From the NCBI GenBank assembly GCA_026770705.1, contig JANJGN010000035.1:310001-374000 (forward strand): DNA of 64,000 bases, given 5' to 3'. Position 1 is the first letter of the stretch, and the number at the start of each line of letters is the position of its first letter. The notes below the pieces were generated by a model, which was given only the letters and a program-made list of their open reading frames with translations, had not been told where the DNA came from and did no database searches. Positions 1 through 11,658 of this stretch are shown here, piece by piece. This DNA is from Isurus oxyrinchus. Taxonomy: Eukaryota. A program made the translations under genes and the position numbers.

Positions 1-54
1 AAAAACAATCACCACAATCACATTGCTTATTCTATACTGAAGGCCGGTGTAATT

Positions 55-212
55 GTTAATTCATTGATGGATCATGGGCGTCATTGGCAAAGCCATCATT
101 CCTTGCCTATCCCTAATTCCCATAGAGAACCTGGTCACGTATTGACTTCTTGAACCTTAGCAGAGTGGGTACACTAAGAGTCGTGCGAGGGAGGGAGTCC
201 CAGGATGTTGAC
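55..212 (-). mobile_element. 3' tail of CR1-group LINE family B
   Basis: Reverse complement resembles the 3' end of the element at 6145-7317; paralog at ~56425-56592. Confidence 0.65.
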
Positions 213-349
213 ATCTGCCAGTTTCTCTTTGTTCTGGGCAGCTTTTGCTGCAAAGGACCTGAAATAAACGAATAAATGTCAGTATGGAGTCCCTCCTTGA
301 AAAAGGATGTATTTCCGATAGATATGATATAACGATGGTTCACCAGACT

Positions 350-1630
350 CTCGCAAAAGCCACGCTCAGCATGGTTTTGTGAAAGGGAAATCACGTTTAA
401 CCAAATTATTTGATTTTTTTTTTGGAAAGAGAAGCATGTTTCGTGGATGAAAGGGAACCTGTAGACATGCTGTACTTGGATTTTGAAAAGGCGTTTGAGA
501 AGGTGCCACATCAAAGGTTATTGCAGAAAATAAATGCTCATGGTATAGGGGGTCACATTGGCATGGAGAGAAGGCTGGCTTTCTGTCAGAACCAACGAGT
601 AAGTGTAAATGCGCCTGTGTCGGATTGGCAGGATGTGACGAGTGGGTAGCGCAGGGATACATGCTGGAGCCTCAACTTTTTACAATTTACATCAATGGCT
701 TAGATGAGGGGAGTGAAGGCCTGGAAGCTAAATTTGCGAATGGCACAAAGATAGGTAGGAAAGTTGTGAATAAGACCGAAGCAATTTGCACATGGAAATA
801 GATGGGTTGAGTGAGTGGACAAAAATCTGACAGATGGATTATAATGTTGGAAAACATGAAGTTATTCACTTTGCAACGGAGAATTTAAATAAAATCGTTA
901 ATTATTTTGAGAACGACTGTAGAGTTCCCAGGTTCTAGGTGTCTTAGTTCATGAGTCAAAAAAAGTTAGCATGCAGATACAGCAAGTAGTGCAAAAGTCT
1001 AACAGAATGCTTTCCTTTATTACTAGAGGAATGAATCACCAAAGTAAGTATGCTATGCTTCAATTTTTTGGGGATTGATGACGCCACATCAGTAATACTG
1101 TATTGCAGTTTACTTAAGGTGTGGTGCAAGTGAGCTATCAGCTGTTCAGAGGGGGTTCACTACATTGCTACCTGGAATGAGCGGGTTCTCTTATGAGGAT
1201 AGTTTGGACAGGCTGGGTTTGTTTCCATTGTAGTTTAGAAGAGTGAGGGGTGCCTTCATTGATGTATATAAGATTCTAACTGGCCTTGAGGACATGGAAA
1301 GGATGCTTCCTCTTGTGGGTGAACCCAAAACTAGGGTGTACTCTCAAAATTAGATGTGTTCCTTGTATGGCAGAAATTAGGATATTTTTCTCCCTCAGAC
1401 GGTTATGCAACATTGGAACTCCCTGCCTCAGAAAGCAGTGGAGGTGGTGTCATTTAATATTTTAAAGATAGAGGTAGATAGATTCTTGTGAAGGAAGGGG
1501 TTCAAAGATTTCGGGGTAGATGGGTATGTAGAACTCAAAATACAAACAAATCAACCATGATCTTGGTGAATGGAGGAGCAGCCTCCAGGGGCCAATTGGC
1601 CAACTTCTGCTCCTATTTCGTATGTTCGTA
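350..1630 (+). mobile_element. Decayed CR1/L3 LINE, RT region to 3' tail
   Basis: ORF 410-649 gives VDMLYLDFEKAFEKVPHQRLLQKI (CR1 RT motif); downstream RT/C-terminal remnants with stops; ends in a TATGTTCGTA-like tail. Confidence 0.9.
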
Positions 1631-1785
1631 GCAACTGCAGATATCAGTAATCTGAAGTAAGAATATAAAATTCCTGTTATACTCTGCAAACACGACAGCT
1701 TCCTTGGAGAGAATCAATATTAATCTTTCAGGTCGGAAAGCCAAAGGTGCTGTCTGACCTGCTGAATAAATCCAGCATTTTGTAA
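1628..1785. mobile_element. Penelope-derived inverted-end remnant
   Basis: GCTGTCTGACCTGCTGAATAAATCCAGCATTTTG matches the terminal motif seen at 38181-38220 and 62230-62280. Confidence 0.55.
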
Positions 1786-2329
1786 AGGTCGAACTGCATG
1801 TGCTGATAATAGAGCTTGATCTCTAGATTCATTCCTGGATTCAGGACAGTGATTGAGTAAAAAGAGGTTATTCTCTTTGGAGTTTAGTATAATTAGTGAT
1901 AAGTAGAAATTTCTTCATTCAAATGTTTGTGTAATTTTGAAGCTCCCTACCGTACAGGATTGGGATAGCTCAATATATTCAAAGTTGAAATCCATCGATT
2001 ATTGAATACTGAGGAGATTGTGGGATATGAGAATGGTCCTGCACCTATTAATCCGTCCGATTGGAAGATTGTTTTTATTAAATGGAAAGGTCAAGGAGAG
2101 GGAAAAAGAGACAAACAGACAGACATTGAAACACTTTGAGGTAGAGAATGAAGGACAGAGATACACCTCGCAATTCTACCGTTTGATTCGTTGAAACTGG
2201 CAATGAGAAAGGCTTCCAGGGAAAGAAAGACCCGTGAGAAAGGAGTTCAGAAGGTAAGACGCACACATAATAATAACACATTGAAAAGTATACAAATTTC
2301 AATACCTGGGTGTAAGCAATGAAATTATG

Positions 2330-2960
2330 AACTTTGGAAGGACTATAATGGAAAGTCGCTACATTCTAAGTGCGAGATTTTTGTAAATTGTGGATGAGCA
2401 GAGGGACATTTGTCTCCATACCGCAAGGTTTGCAATATAGATCGAAAGGCATATTGGTTATTTGTGTTTACACATCTAGAAATAGTGTATTCAAGCATCG
2501 GGATCATACTAGACCGTTAGCAACTGCAGTTCGACTTTAGCAAGGAGCCCTCTGGGTAAGGATGGTCACTGATCTTCAGCAAGTCATGAGAAAGGGTGAA
2601 GAGGACGCTCGCAGGGAGGTTTTCAAGGATGAAATAGTTCACTCATGAGTTGTTGCTGGGGAAGTTTGGGCTGTTGCACTACGGACATTGAAGATTAGAA
2701 AATCACCGATTGGTGGTTTTCCAAATCACCTGAGGTTTGGGGAGGGTAAACAGGAAAATAGTCCCTCTGCTTGTAGGTCAATACATAAGGGCCGTGGATA
2801 CAAAGTCATTGACCATGAGATATACAGAGGACGTTAGCAGAGACATTTCCACTCAGTTGGTGGGATTTGCAACGCCCCACCTGAAAAGGTGGTACAAGAT
2901 AATTTAGTGAATAATTTTAGAAGGAAATTGGAAAGGCTTTTGAAGGAGAGCATCTTACAA
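2330..2960 (+). mobile_element. Heavily decayed CR1 3' fragment
   Basis: Residual similarity to the CR1 ORF2 C-terminal region of other copies in the window; paralog at ~58630-59210. Confidence 0.6.
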
Positions 2961-3300
2961 AAGCACGATAAACAAGAACTACTCAGAAGCATTAAACAAA
3001 AACAATGCACAAAGGTACAGTACAAATACATACACACATATGCCCGTGCACACAGTAAGACATTTATAATTCGACGTAAAGTGACTTTGCAGTGTGAGAG
3101 AGGGATGAAAAGGTGGGTGTCATTAATTTAGCTGATATTTTCTGTATTCATGACATGAATTTCGTGAATACACGCAGATGAATAAGAACAAGAAAACCGA
3201 ATTCTGTTGTTGAAAGATGTTGGGTATCATCCCACCTAAGATATGATTCTTGTAAAAGGAACTTGGTCAAATTTTGAAACTGAGCAAGTAAAAGAAGCTG

Positions 3301-3382
3301 AGCAGTTGGCAGGATTCGTATCTCGGTGAGAATACCCGAATGGATTTCTATTTCATCGCGTTAACCACTTGGCCACAACTAC
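3301..3382 (-). pseudogene. tRNA-Ser(AGA) pseudogene
   Basis: Reverse complement GTAGTTGTGGCCAAGTGGTTAACGCGATGAAATAGAAATCCATT...ATACGAATCCTGCCAACTGCT aligns over 82 nt with vertebrate tRNA-Ser(AGA); AGA anticodon kept, B box and stems damaged. Confidence 0.88.
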
Positions 3383-5217
3383 ATAACTTGGTATCAATAA
3401 ACCACACTGATCTCCGCCCAAAACAACGCTCAGAAAGTGACCCTCTTTGGTGTGAGTTTGACTTATTGTGTTGAATATGTGTACTTTATCATTATGCTGG
3501 TTACAGAGATCTGTATTTTCCTCATTCGGTCTGAATCTGTTTTGATGTGGAAATATTTTTTTCTGCCTGTTTCTTTTCTTTTCTCAATCACTCCTCAATA
3601 TAGTTACACACAACGCAGGTACACACAAGTGCATTGAGAGATAACACAGTTACACACATAATAATTCAGAACTGGCACACCAAGAGACACGAAATCCATT
3701 TTCAAACATTCCAATGTTACTTAAAAATATTTATACATTGAGAATCTGCTGTCACCCAATCCGCAACAGGAAATAAAGATTTTGTTGACAGAAACACAAA
3801 GAAAATCCATTAATATTCGACTATCATTTTCAAGTTTCGATTCATTCTGCAATCTAAATTTGGTAAACTACCTAGAAAAGTGCTTGTGGAGTCAATACAA
3901 TGGATCGAAAGAATCTGCTTCCTCAGGCTGTGTGTGTGTATTTGGAACACAAGAGATGGAATGGGAAAACAATGGACAGTAGATGGAGAGCCAGTCAGTA
4001 AAGGCATGGAGAATAGACAAGGAACATATCTTTCATGGACCAATTGAGAAATGAGAGTATTTTCTATATGGTGAGAAACAAGGGGCTGTAGAAAAGCAAA
4101 GGGATCTAATTCTCCAGGTACTGGGCTCACAAACACTCAGTGCACATGCACACAAAGAAGTCTTTTGAAGACGACAATTTCCAGGCTGTCATATCTGAGT
4201 TAACACTCATTACAATCGATAATCAGACAACTGTCCTGTATTTGCTGCTGCAATTAGAATACAAATGAATGCCACTAAAGGAGGCATACAAACCAAGAAA
4301 CAAGTTTTCTCATACAATGTTTTGAGTTGTAGCCTATTATTTGTCCAATAGACATCATTGTTCACCTCTTCTGTGGCTTGAAATTGATCAGACATTCTTT
4401 ATCTCTGATGGCGCTGTACGACAGGGGGAATTGAGAATTCTCGGGAAGGTGCAGTTGAGGCAGACGATCAACCAGAAAGATTGGGAATTGGTTGAGAAGC
4501 CATGAAATCTATGATACACCTGCTCCTGTTTCTCATGTTCTTACAGGCATTACTCAGAGGAACCACCAAGAGTGTGTTGGCCTTGGAGTTGGAACAGTGC
4601 TGATTGACCAGTGGGATTTCAGAGTTCAGTCCGTTACTTCCGGAGTTCAGGTTTGATAATTATAGAAAGGTAGAACCGTAGAATGGATAGAGCACAAAAC
4701 GTTTGTTCCATGTTGTCTGTGCTGGCTCTCTGAAGGAGAGATTCACCTATTGCCGCCTTGACCCGCACATTTTTTTTTTTCCTTTTCAGGGCTAATTCCT
4801 GCTTATTTCCTCTTGTGAAAAGAAGAATGAAGGTTGATCTGATCGAAGTTTCCATTCCATTTAAACCACAAGTTAGGTTAAAAGGAGAGAAACTGCTTTC
4901 CACGATGGTAGGTGTGGGGTGAAATGAGGTCATACTTTTGTCACTAATTCCCTGCGATGGTGTCTAGGCCAACCAAGAGGAAAATGAAGATGCTCTTTTC
5001 ATATTTAGGGCAGTTAGAAATCGAGAAATAATTCTTAGAAGTTGATCGAATCTACTATAATTTCCAGAAGGAAGTATTTATTTGCAATGAAGAACTATAT
5101 GTCTCTTCTGCTGTCTTGAAGAATTCTGCATCCCTTACCCTTTTCCTCCCAGTAGCCTCACGGCGGGGGTGGGGGGTAGGGGCGCAGAGGGGGAAATCAC
5201 GTGCAGTCAGAAGGCAG

Positions 5218-5283
5218 CGTTTGGACCGAGACTCGAACCACAGAGCCGCAGATTTTATGTTTTACTGTTTGAGATATCCAGCT
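5218..5283 (-). pseudogene. Highly decayed tRNA-Lys(TTT)-like relic
   Basis: Same position in the duplicated module as the clearer copies at 48814 and 52028; B-box remnant GACTCGAACC on the + strand. Confidence 0.55.
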
Positions 5284-6144
5284 GGATCACACATGCTTAT
5301 CACAGATGCCTTGATAATCTGACATGAGGCACTGCAACCATATTTTCCTTGCATTCCCGTGCTTGGTAATTCTCCCTATTCAGCGCCTTTCCCTCACAAG
5401 CAGACCAGCAGCCTCCATTTGGCTTCATTTCACCAATATCCAAATTGACACCGACTACTCGCTCCTCACTTGAGGCTTGTGATGTGACAACTGTTGTTAC
5501 ACAGCTGTCTGCACTGCACCTTCAACGTTTTGCAGATTGTGTTTATTGCACCGAAAAGTTAAGTTGAAGAAATTGGAGAGGAAAACTCCAAGCTCACAGA
5601 GTTGGATTTTGCGAATGGTTACAAAAAAAATATATATATAGTGTTTGTTGTGGGAAAGTGAGATATTGACACTTTTAAAGCAAGAAAGCTCGTTGGGAAT
5701 AATGTTCTAAATTCTGAGACTCATAAAAATCCCAATGCCTTCCTCAAAAAGCTCCAGCACTAAATCCAGCAGCAAGTTTAACCCCGAATTCCAAATGACT
5801 GGAATTTGTGTAGGGTTGTTTAATGCCACACTCGGTCAAAAGCTGCTCTGATATAGAGTCCAGTCACATTCACCTCACCCAGCGAACAGCAGTAGAGACA
5901 AGCACAACTTTGAATATTGCATGTTTTTTCGGAGAGATATTAAGTTGCAGAAATTCCACGAATATACAATGCCAGTGTGGTTTATTTCACCAGTGAGTAA
6001 ACGATTTCATAAGGTCTTTGTTTTGGGAAAGTGTGATACCTTATTGCTGAAAGCAAGAAATCTCATTCGTAGCTTTGAACAGTTCCAATGAAAAGTCATT
6101 GGCTTGAACAGTTCGATTTGTTTGTCTTCAGTGATGTTCCCAGT

Positions 6145-7317
6145 GTGAGGTGGGAATGACTGCCCTGAATATCAAGGCAATATTTGACTAAGTGTGGCAT
6201 AAAGGAGCACTTGCAAAATTGGGGTCAATGGGAACTAGGGGGAAAACTCTCTGCTGATTCGAGTCATTCCTCGCACAAATGAAGATGATTATGATTGTTG
6301 GAGGTCAATCATTTCAGTTCCAGGACATCACTGCAGAAATTCCCAAGGGCAGTGCTGTCGGCCCAATTATCTTCAGCTGCTTGATCAATGGCTTTCCTTC
6401 CACCAGGATGTCAGAAGTGGAGATGGTTGCTGATGATTGCACAATGTTCAGCACTATTTGCAACTCCTCAGATGCTGAAGCAGCCCATATCCAATTGCAG
6501 CAAGACCTGGGCAATATCCAGGTTTGAGCTAACAAGTGGCAAGTAGCAGTCACGCCACACAAGCGCTAGGCAATGACCATCTCCAGAAAGATAGAATCTG
6601 TCCATTGCACCTTGGCATTTAATGGCAAAACGATAATGAATTCCACTCTATCAGCAAGCTGGGAATTAATAACGAACAGAAATGAACTCGACTAACCATA
6701 TAATTACTGTGGCTACGAGAGCAGGTCAGAGGCTAGGAATCCTGCGGCGAGTAACTCACTTCCTTTCTCCCCAAAGCCTGCCCACCATCAACAATGCTTA
6801 TGCCAGGGGTGTGATGGAATACTCGCCGCTTTCCTGGATGAGTGCAGTTCAAATAACACTCAATAAGATTTGCACCATCCAATGCAAAGTAGCCCGCTTG
6901 ATTGCAACCCCATCCACAAATATTAATACCCTGCACCATCAAAGCAGATAAGCTGCAGTGTGGAACATCTATAAGATGTAATGCAGAAATTCACAAGGGC
7001 TCCTTAGCCATCACTGTCCAAACAAACGACCGCTACCAAATAGGATGGTAAATGCAGCGGATACATGAGAGCAGCACTACCTGGATTTTCCCCTCCAAGC
7101 CGCTCACCATCCTGACTTTGAAATATATCGCCCTTCCTTCAATGTCGCTGGGTCAAAATCCTGGAATGCTATTCCTAACAACACTGCTGATGTACCTACA
7201 TCACAAGGACTGTGGCGGTTCAAGAAGGCAGCTCACCAGTTTCTCAAGGGTAACTAAGGATGGGTAGTTAATGTTGGCTGATACAGCGAAGACAATATCT
7301 TGTAAATTAATAAAAAT
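6145..7317 (+). mobile_element. 5'-truncated CR1-group LINE family B (RT to 3' end)
   Basis: Translations IPKGSAVGPIIFSCLIN, MVADDCTMF, RAGQRLGILRRV, VMEYSPLSW are non-LTR RT/C-terminal motifs; stops and frameshifts; A-rich end. Confidence 0.88.
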
Positions 7318-7839
7318 ATTTATTGGCCATCACACCCAGGAGTGGACTTGAAACCGGTGTTTCTGGCTGAGTCCACAAGTCCTTCTTATCAGCTATTTTA
7401 GAAGTGCTATTTCCATGCAACTTGATGTAGTTATTAATAACACCGACTGATACAAATGCAGTGATAAAGAGGGAGATTTTGAGATGCAGGAGTTCTAGTC
7501 AAACGAGTTGGCCATATCATTTCTAATTCGACTCTTACGTTCTTTCGCTCTGTGTTAATCATTTAAGCCCCCAAATTTCAGTAAAACTATGCTTTTTAGT
7601 GAACAGGATCAGTTCCCTGAAACAGTTTATTTCGAAACATGTTGTGTTGTGAACGGTTAGTCGTTAGAATAGCTAGAATTTCATTATGCCAAAGCTCAAT
7701 ATTTGAATTCAAGACTATTAAAGCATGATTACAGAAAGAAATATTTACTTCTGAAAGTGCTGGCGGGGGGCGAGGGTTGGAAGGGGTGGGAGGTGCGGGT
7801 GTGCTGCGGGTGCTGTGCTGTGGTGGCGGTATGTAGCTG

Positions 7840-8740
7840 GGCTATCGCATTTCTTGATTGATCTCAATAACCGAATACTGGATGTGCAAGGCATAGTTTC
7901 AGAATTTGAGTATGATGCAAGACTTGGAAGTATTGTGAACTTTGTAGTGATAATGATGGACTTCAGGAGGATATAGATAGGCTGGTGGGATGGGAAGACT
8001 CGGAGTAGGTGAATTTTAATGAGCAGGAGTGCGAAGTGATACATTTTGCTGAAATGAACGAGGAGGGGTGACATAAAATGAAGGGCGTAAATCTAAATTA
8101 ATGCAGGAGCAGAAGGACCTGGATGTGTATCTGCAAAAATCATTGAAGCTGTCAGGGCAGCTTGAGAAAGCAGCACTAGGCCCCGAATACTGGATTTATT
8201 AATCAGGGCATAGAGTACCAAAGGAACTAAGTTGTCAACGTTCATAAAATACTGGTACAACTTAAAAGAAGGTTTTGCAAAGGATTCAGAAAAGATTTAA
8301 GAGAATGAATCCGAGGATGGTAGAGTTCAGATATGTGGATAGATGGGTGAAGCTGGGGCTGTTCTTCTTGGAGAAGAGAAGTTTGAGGGGAGATTTTTTA
8401 GACGTACTCAAAATCATGAGGGATCTAGATAGTTAACATGGTGAAATTGCTCCCATCGGCAGGAGGTTGAGAAGCCTAAACTGATTTCAAAAATTACCAG
8501 AGGCGACATGAAGATAAACTTCTTTATGCAACAAGTGATATGGTGTGGAAGCTACTGGCTGAGTGTGTGGTGGAGGCAGATTCAATTGCAGTAGATAATT
8601 ATCTGAAAACATAATATTTTCAGGGCCACATGGAAAAAAGCGAAGGAATGGGACTGGCTGAGTTGCTGTTGCAGAGAACCGGCAGGCAGACACTGTGCTG
8701 AATGGCCTCCTTTTGTCCTATGACCACTATATAAATCTAT
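7840..8740 (+). mobile_element. Decayed CR1 LINE 3' part
   Basis: FEYDARLG (FADDTKLG-like), LQEDIDSWWDG, typical CR1 3' region and tail. Confidence 0.8.
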
Positions 8741-9114
8741 GGGTAACCTTGCTTTAATGCCCTGTTACCCAAACTACGCAATAACTGGGGACAAAATAAC
8801 TGATTGCACTACACCTAAGAATCAGGACAATGGAAGACAGGCACACTCCGAGGGATTAGCACACATTTTATGTATAAAGTGCATCCAAATCATTTATTTC
8901 AGATTATTTATACACAACCAATAGGGAATAATTTGCTTTATAGATGCACACAATGTAAGACATGACTAGAAGTTTCCCGCAACACCAGCTTCCCCACGTA
9001 CCCCTGTCATCCGCCCCCAGCAATCTATAAACCTAATCGTGATGGTAAGTAATTCCTCAGCGTGATTTTTGGACAATCAAACTTGCGGCACACTCCCCAC
9101 AAAGACGAAATAAA

Positions 9115-9222
9115 TCTGTCAGTTCTGACCAAGCCCATCGACCTAAAAACGTTAACTTTGTTGTCTCTCATCACAGAAGCTGCCAGACCCGCGGAGTATT
9201 CCCAGGATTCTCTGTTTCTTTT
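9115..9222 (+). mobile_element. Penelope-like terminal remnant
   Basis: CAGTTCTGAC...AAACGTTAACT...GCTGCCAGACCCGCGGAGTATTCCCAGG resembles the other Penelope-end copies. Confidence 0.6.
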
Positions 9223-10529
9223 TAACCTGTAAGGACAGTTGCGGCCAGTCTTTTCCTGTATGTTTCTGAGGGATGAAGAATTCTCCCGCTCCGCCGCCAC
9301 ACCGCACCCCACCAACCCCCTCTCTTTTTTGATCGGTTTACAGAACAAACCATGGGAGGCGTGACATAGCAGTTTTCTTACTTTGCTGAGGCCTGTTTTG
9401 CAAGCAATGACAATTATCCAAGATGGGCTCTCTGTTGACGAGCTCCGTGCGTCACTACAGGGTTGACAATGAAAATTATATTGACGCAGAAATTGATACA
9501 AGCATCGCCTCCGATGTTGTAAAGCCAGTAACAAGTGCGGCAAACACAACTTAAATACGGTTGACACTCGCCATTCACAATGGCTTTGAATTATAGCAGG
9601 TGGATTGAAGAAACACCAGTTAAATGAATGAATTAGTGATCGCTCGCTTCTGAAACACAAGGAGCCTTTTCACCTGGTTGCAAGATGTGGAGAGCAGAGT
9701 CCTTGAATTAACCGCTGTCACATGCCACAAATGGCTGCTTCACAACAAACTAAACACGTGTTACGTAATTGGTGTATGAGTGAGAAACATGTGGAGTTTG
9801 TTCTCCTACCCGCTATATATTGGATAACTGATAGCTATTGGCAGATAGGTGCAGCTGTCCCTTGCATCTGCTCTTAGTTCAATAGCTACATTTATCCGCT
9901 CTCTTTAAAGCGACTATTGTCGTTCGTAAATCCATTGTGCTTAAGTGAATTATTACTGTTTTGTTCGCTGTCGATTGGTGTGATACACAAGCGGTGTCTC
10001 GCCAATTGGAAGCAGTTATATTCTCCATAGGTTGACGTGCTGTTTCATTTTGTGGCTCCGCTTTGTGTGTGCGGTGTAAACGTCAATATCAACTGTGCAT
10101 ATTCAAGGATAAAAACATTCCTCCTGCATTAAATTTGAGCTAATAATACATTGCTCTGATCTATCAACATTTTTTCAGTGACACGTCATGCCACCCTTTC
10201 ACTCTCCAAGCCCAGCTACAACCTAAATGTATCTGAGAATGTTCCTTATTCCTCTTTTAGTTATGCCCAAGAGTACGTGTGTCATGATACTTAACCAAAG
10301 CATTAAAAATATTCTAAGTGTGAAATAAAGGATTGTCAGAAGCTCGCTTTCATATAATAGGGGCTTTCCCATTTTATCCAGAGTATGGATTAAAATATAA
10401 CTTCATTAATTACGGCGATGCGGAATTTTAATTTATAATCGGGCGCACTGATTTAGGGAGGAAATAAAACAAAACAGGAAAAAGACTTGGAGGCACTGGA
10501 TCACCTCCAGCAATGTTTGAGTGATTTCA

Positions 10530-11215
10530 TCACGAATAACATAGCGTAGGGGCCTCAAAAATAACGTTAGAGTAGGGTTACAGCTCGAAATACGGTAATG
10601 ATTCTCTGCACGGACACAACTATTAATGCTGGAGTAGGGTCTTCCTCAGTAATACTAAATTCACCGTAAGAAAAGCTACGGTAACCTCACCAACGGTAAT
10701 GTTAGTGAAAGGAAATCACGAGTAGGAGTTGAGCAGCAGCCTGTCCTGTAACCCGACAGCTGGGTTACCACCACTGATGTTATGCCAATATCACCATCAA
10801 CACTAGAATAGAGTCACCGTGAAAATTCTGGAATAGGATGAAAAACAATAATCCAAAAACAAAATACAGCGATGCTGGAAACCTGAATTTGAAAAAGTCA
10901 ATGCTGACCGTTACCTGAAATATTAACTCTGATTGACTCTCCACTGATGCTGCAGGATCTGCTGAGCATTCCCAGCATTTTATGCTCGTATTTCCCAACT
11001 AATAATGTTGGAGCAGGGCATCCCGATGTTTGAGTGGAGTTTGCATTGCTAATGATAGATTAAAGTCAGCACGGATTATTTTCCAATTTGTTTCCCACTA
11101 TTAATGTTAGAGTTTATAATGAGTAGTAGCTGACTGATAGCAACAGCATAAATATACGGACATCGCCAGTATTCTTAATGTCAGAGCAATATCATCGTCA
11201 GCAAAAATAACGCCG
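10530..11215. repeat. Decayed ~30-bp tandem repeat
   Basis: Recurrent TAATGTTRGAGYAGGG-like motif at ~10562, 10624, 10697, 11003, 11102, 11176; interrupted by a Penelope-end remnant at ~10855-10990. Confidence 0.5.
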
Positions 11216-11583
11216 ATTCATCACGAGGTTTCGCCACAGAAGACAGGAAGTTTAAGTTTAAGAATTACAGTCTATAACACGTTTACATTCTGCAATGGAT
11301 GAGTCACGATCGCAGAAGAATAATATGAAGCCCCAGGAATCCAACACTGTACAGAGGGGTATTCCTTTCCACTTTCAAGGGGAGCATGCGCAGAACACAT
11401 TCCACCTGGGGTTGCTTCCTGAACATTAATTTAAATGACGAAGTTTCTGGAACTGAGCTGGCCAATTTCCCCATTGACGGACCGGGGTCTCTAAGAGGAA
11501 AATTACTCGCTTGTTTGTTAAGTGACTATAACTAACACGAGTTATTGTGTAAGCTGATTTCCTCACCACGACATGAATTGGCC

Positions 11584-11589
11584 TATAAA
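11584..11589 (+). promoter_or_regulatory. Putative TATA box of the GPCR gene
   Basis: TATAAA ~70 nt before the ATG at 11659; CCAAT at ~11462. Confidence 0.45.
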
Positions 11590-11658
11590 GGGGAAAACAG
11601 TTACGGATCTTTAATGCAATTCAGAAAACTGAATGATCCATCGCATTCTTCTACAAAA

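Larger units (their letters stand above)
1..5730 (+). repeat. Segmental duplication block I, copy 1 (paralog at ~56371-61966)
   Basis: Collinear similarity from window start (CACCACAATCACATTGCT vs CACCACAATCATATTGCT at ~56381) to ~5730 vs ~61966, with the same order of LINE tail, CR1, Ser and Lys tRNA relics. Confidence 0.9.

Noticed and set aside
7331-7385. B-box-like GGACTTGAAACC
   Set aside because: Looks like a short SINE-head scrap; no tRNA-length alignment.
9025-9660. Longest ORF (211 aa, minus strand)
   Set aside because: No recognisable motif, and it runs antisense through a Penelope-end remnant; treated as a chance ORF.
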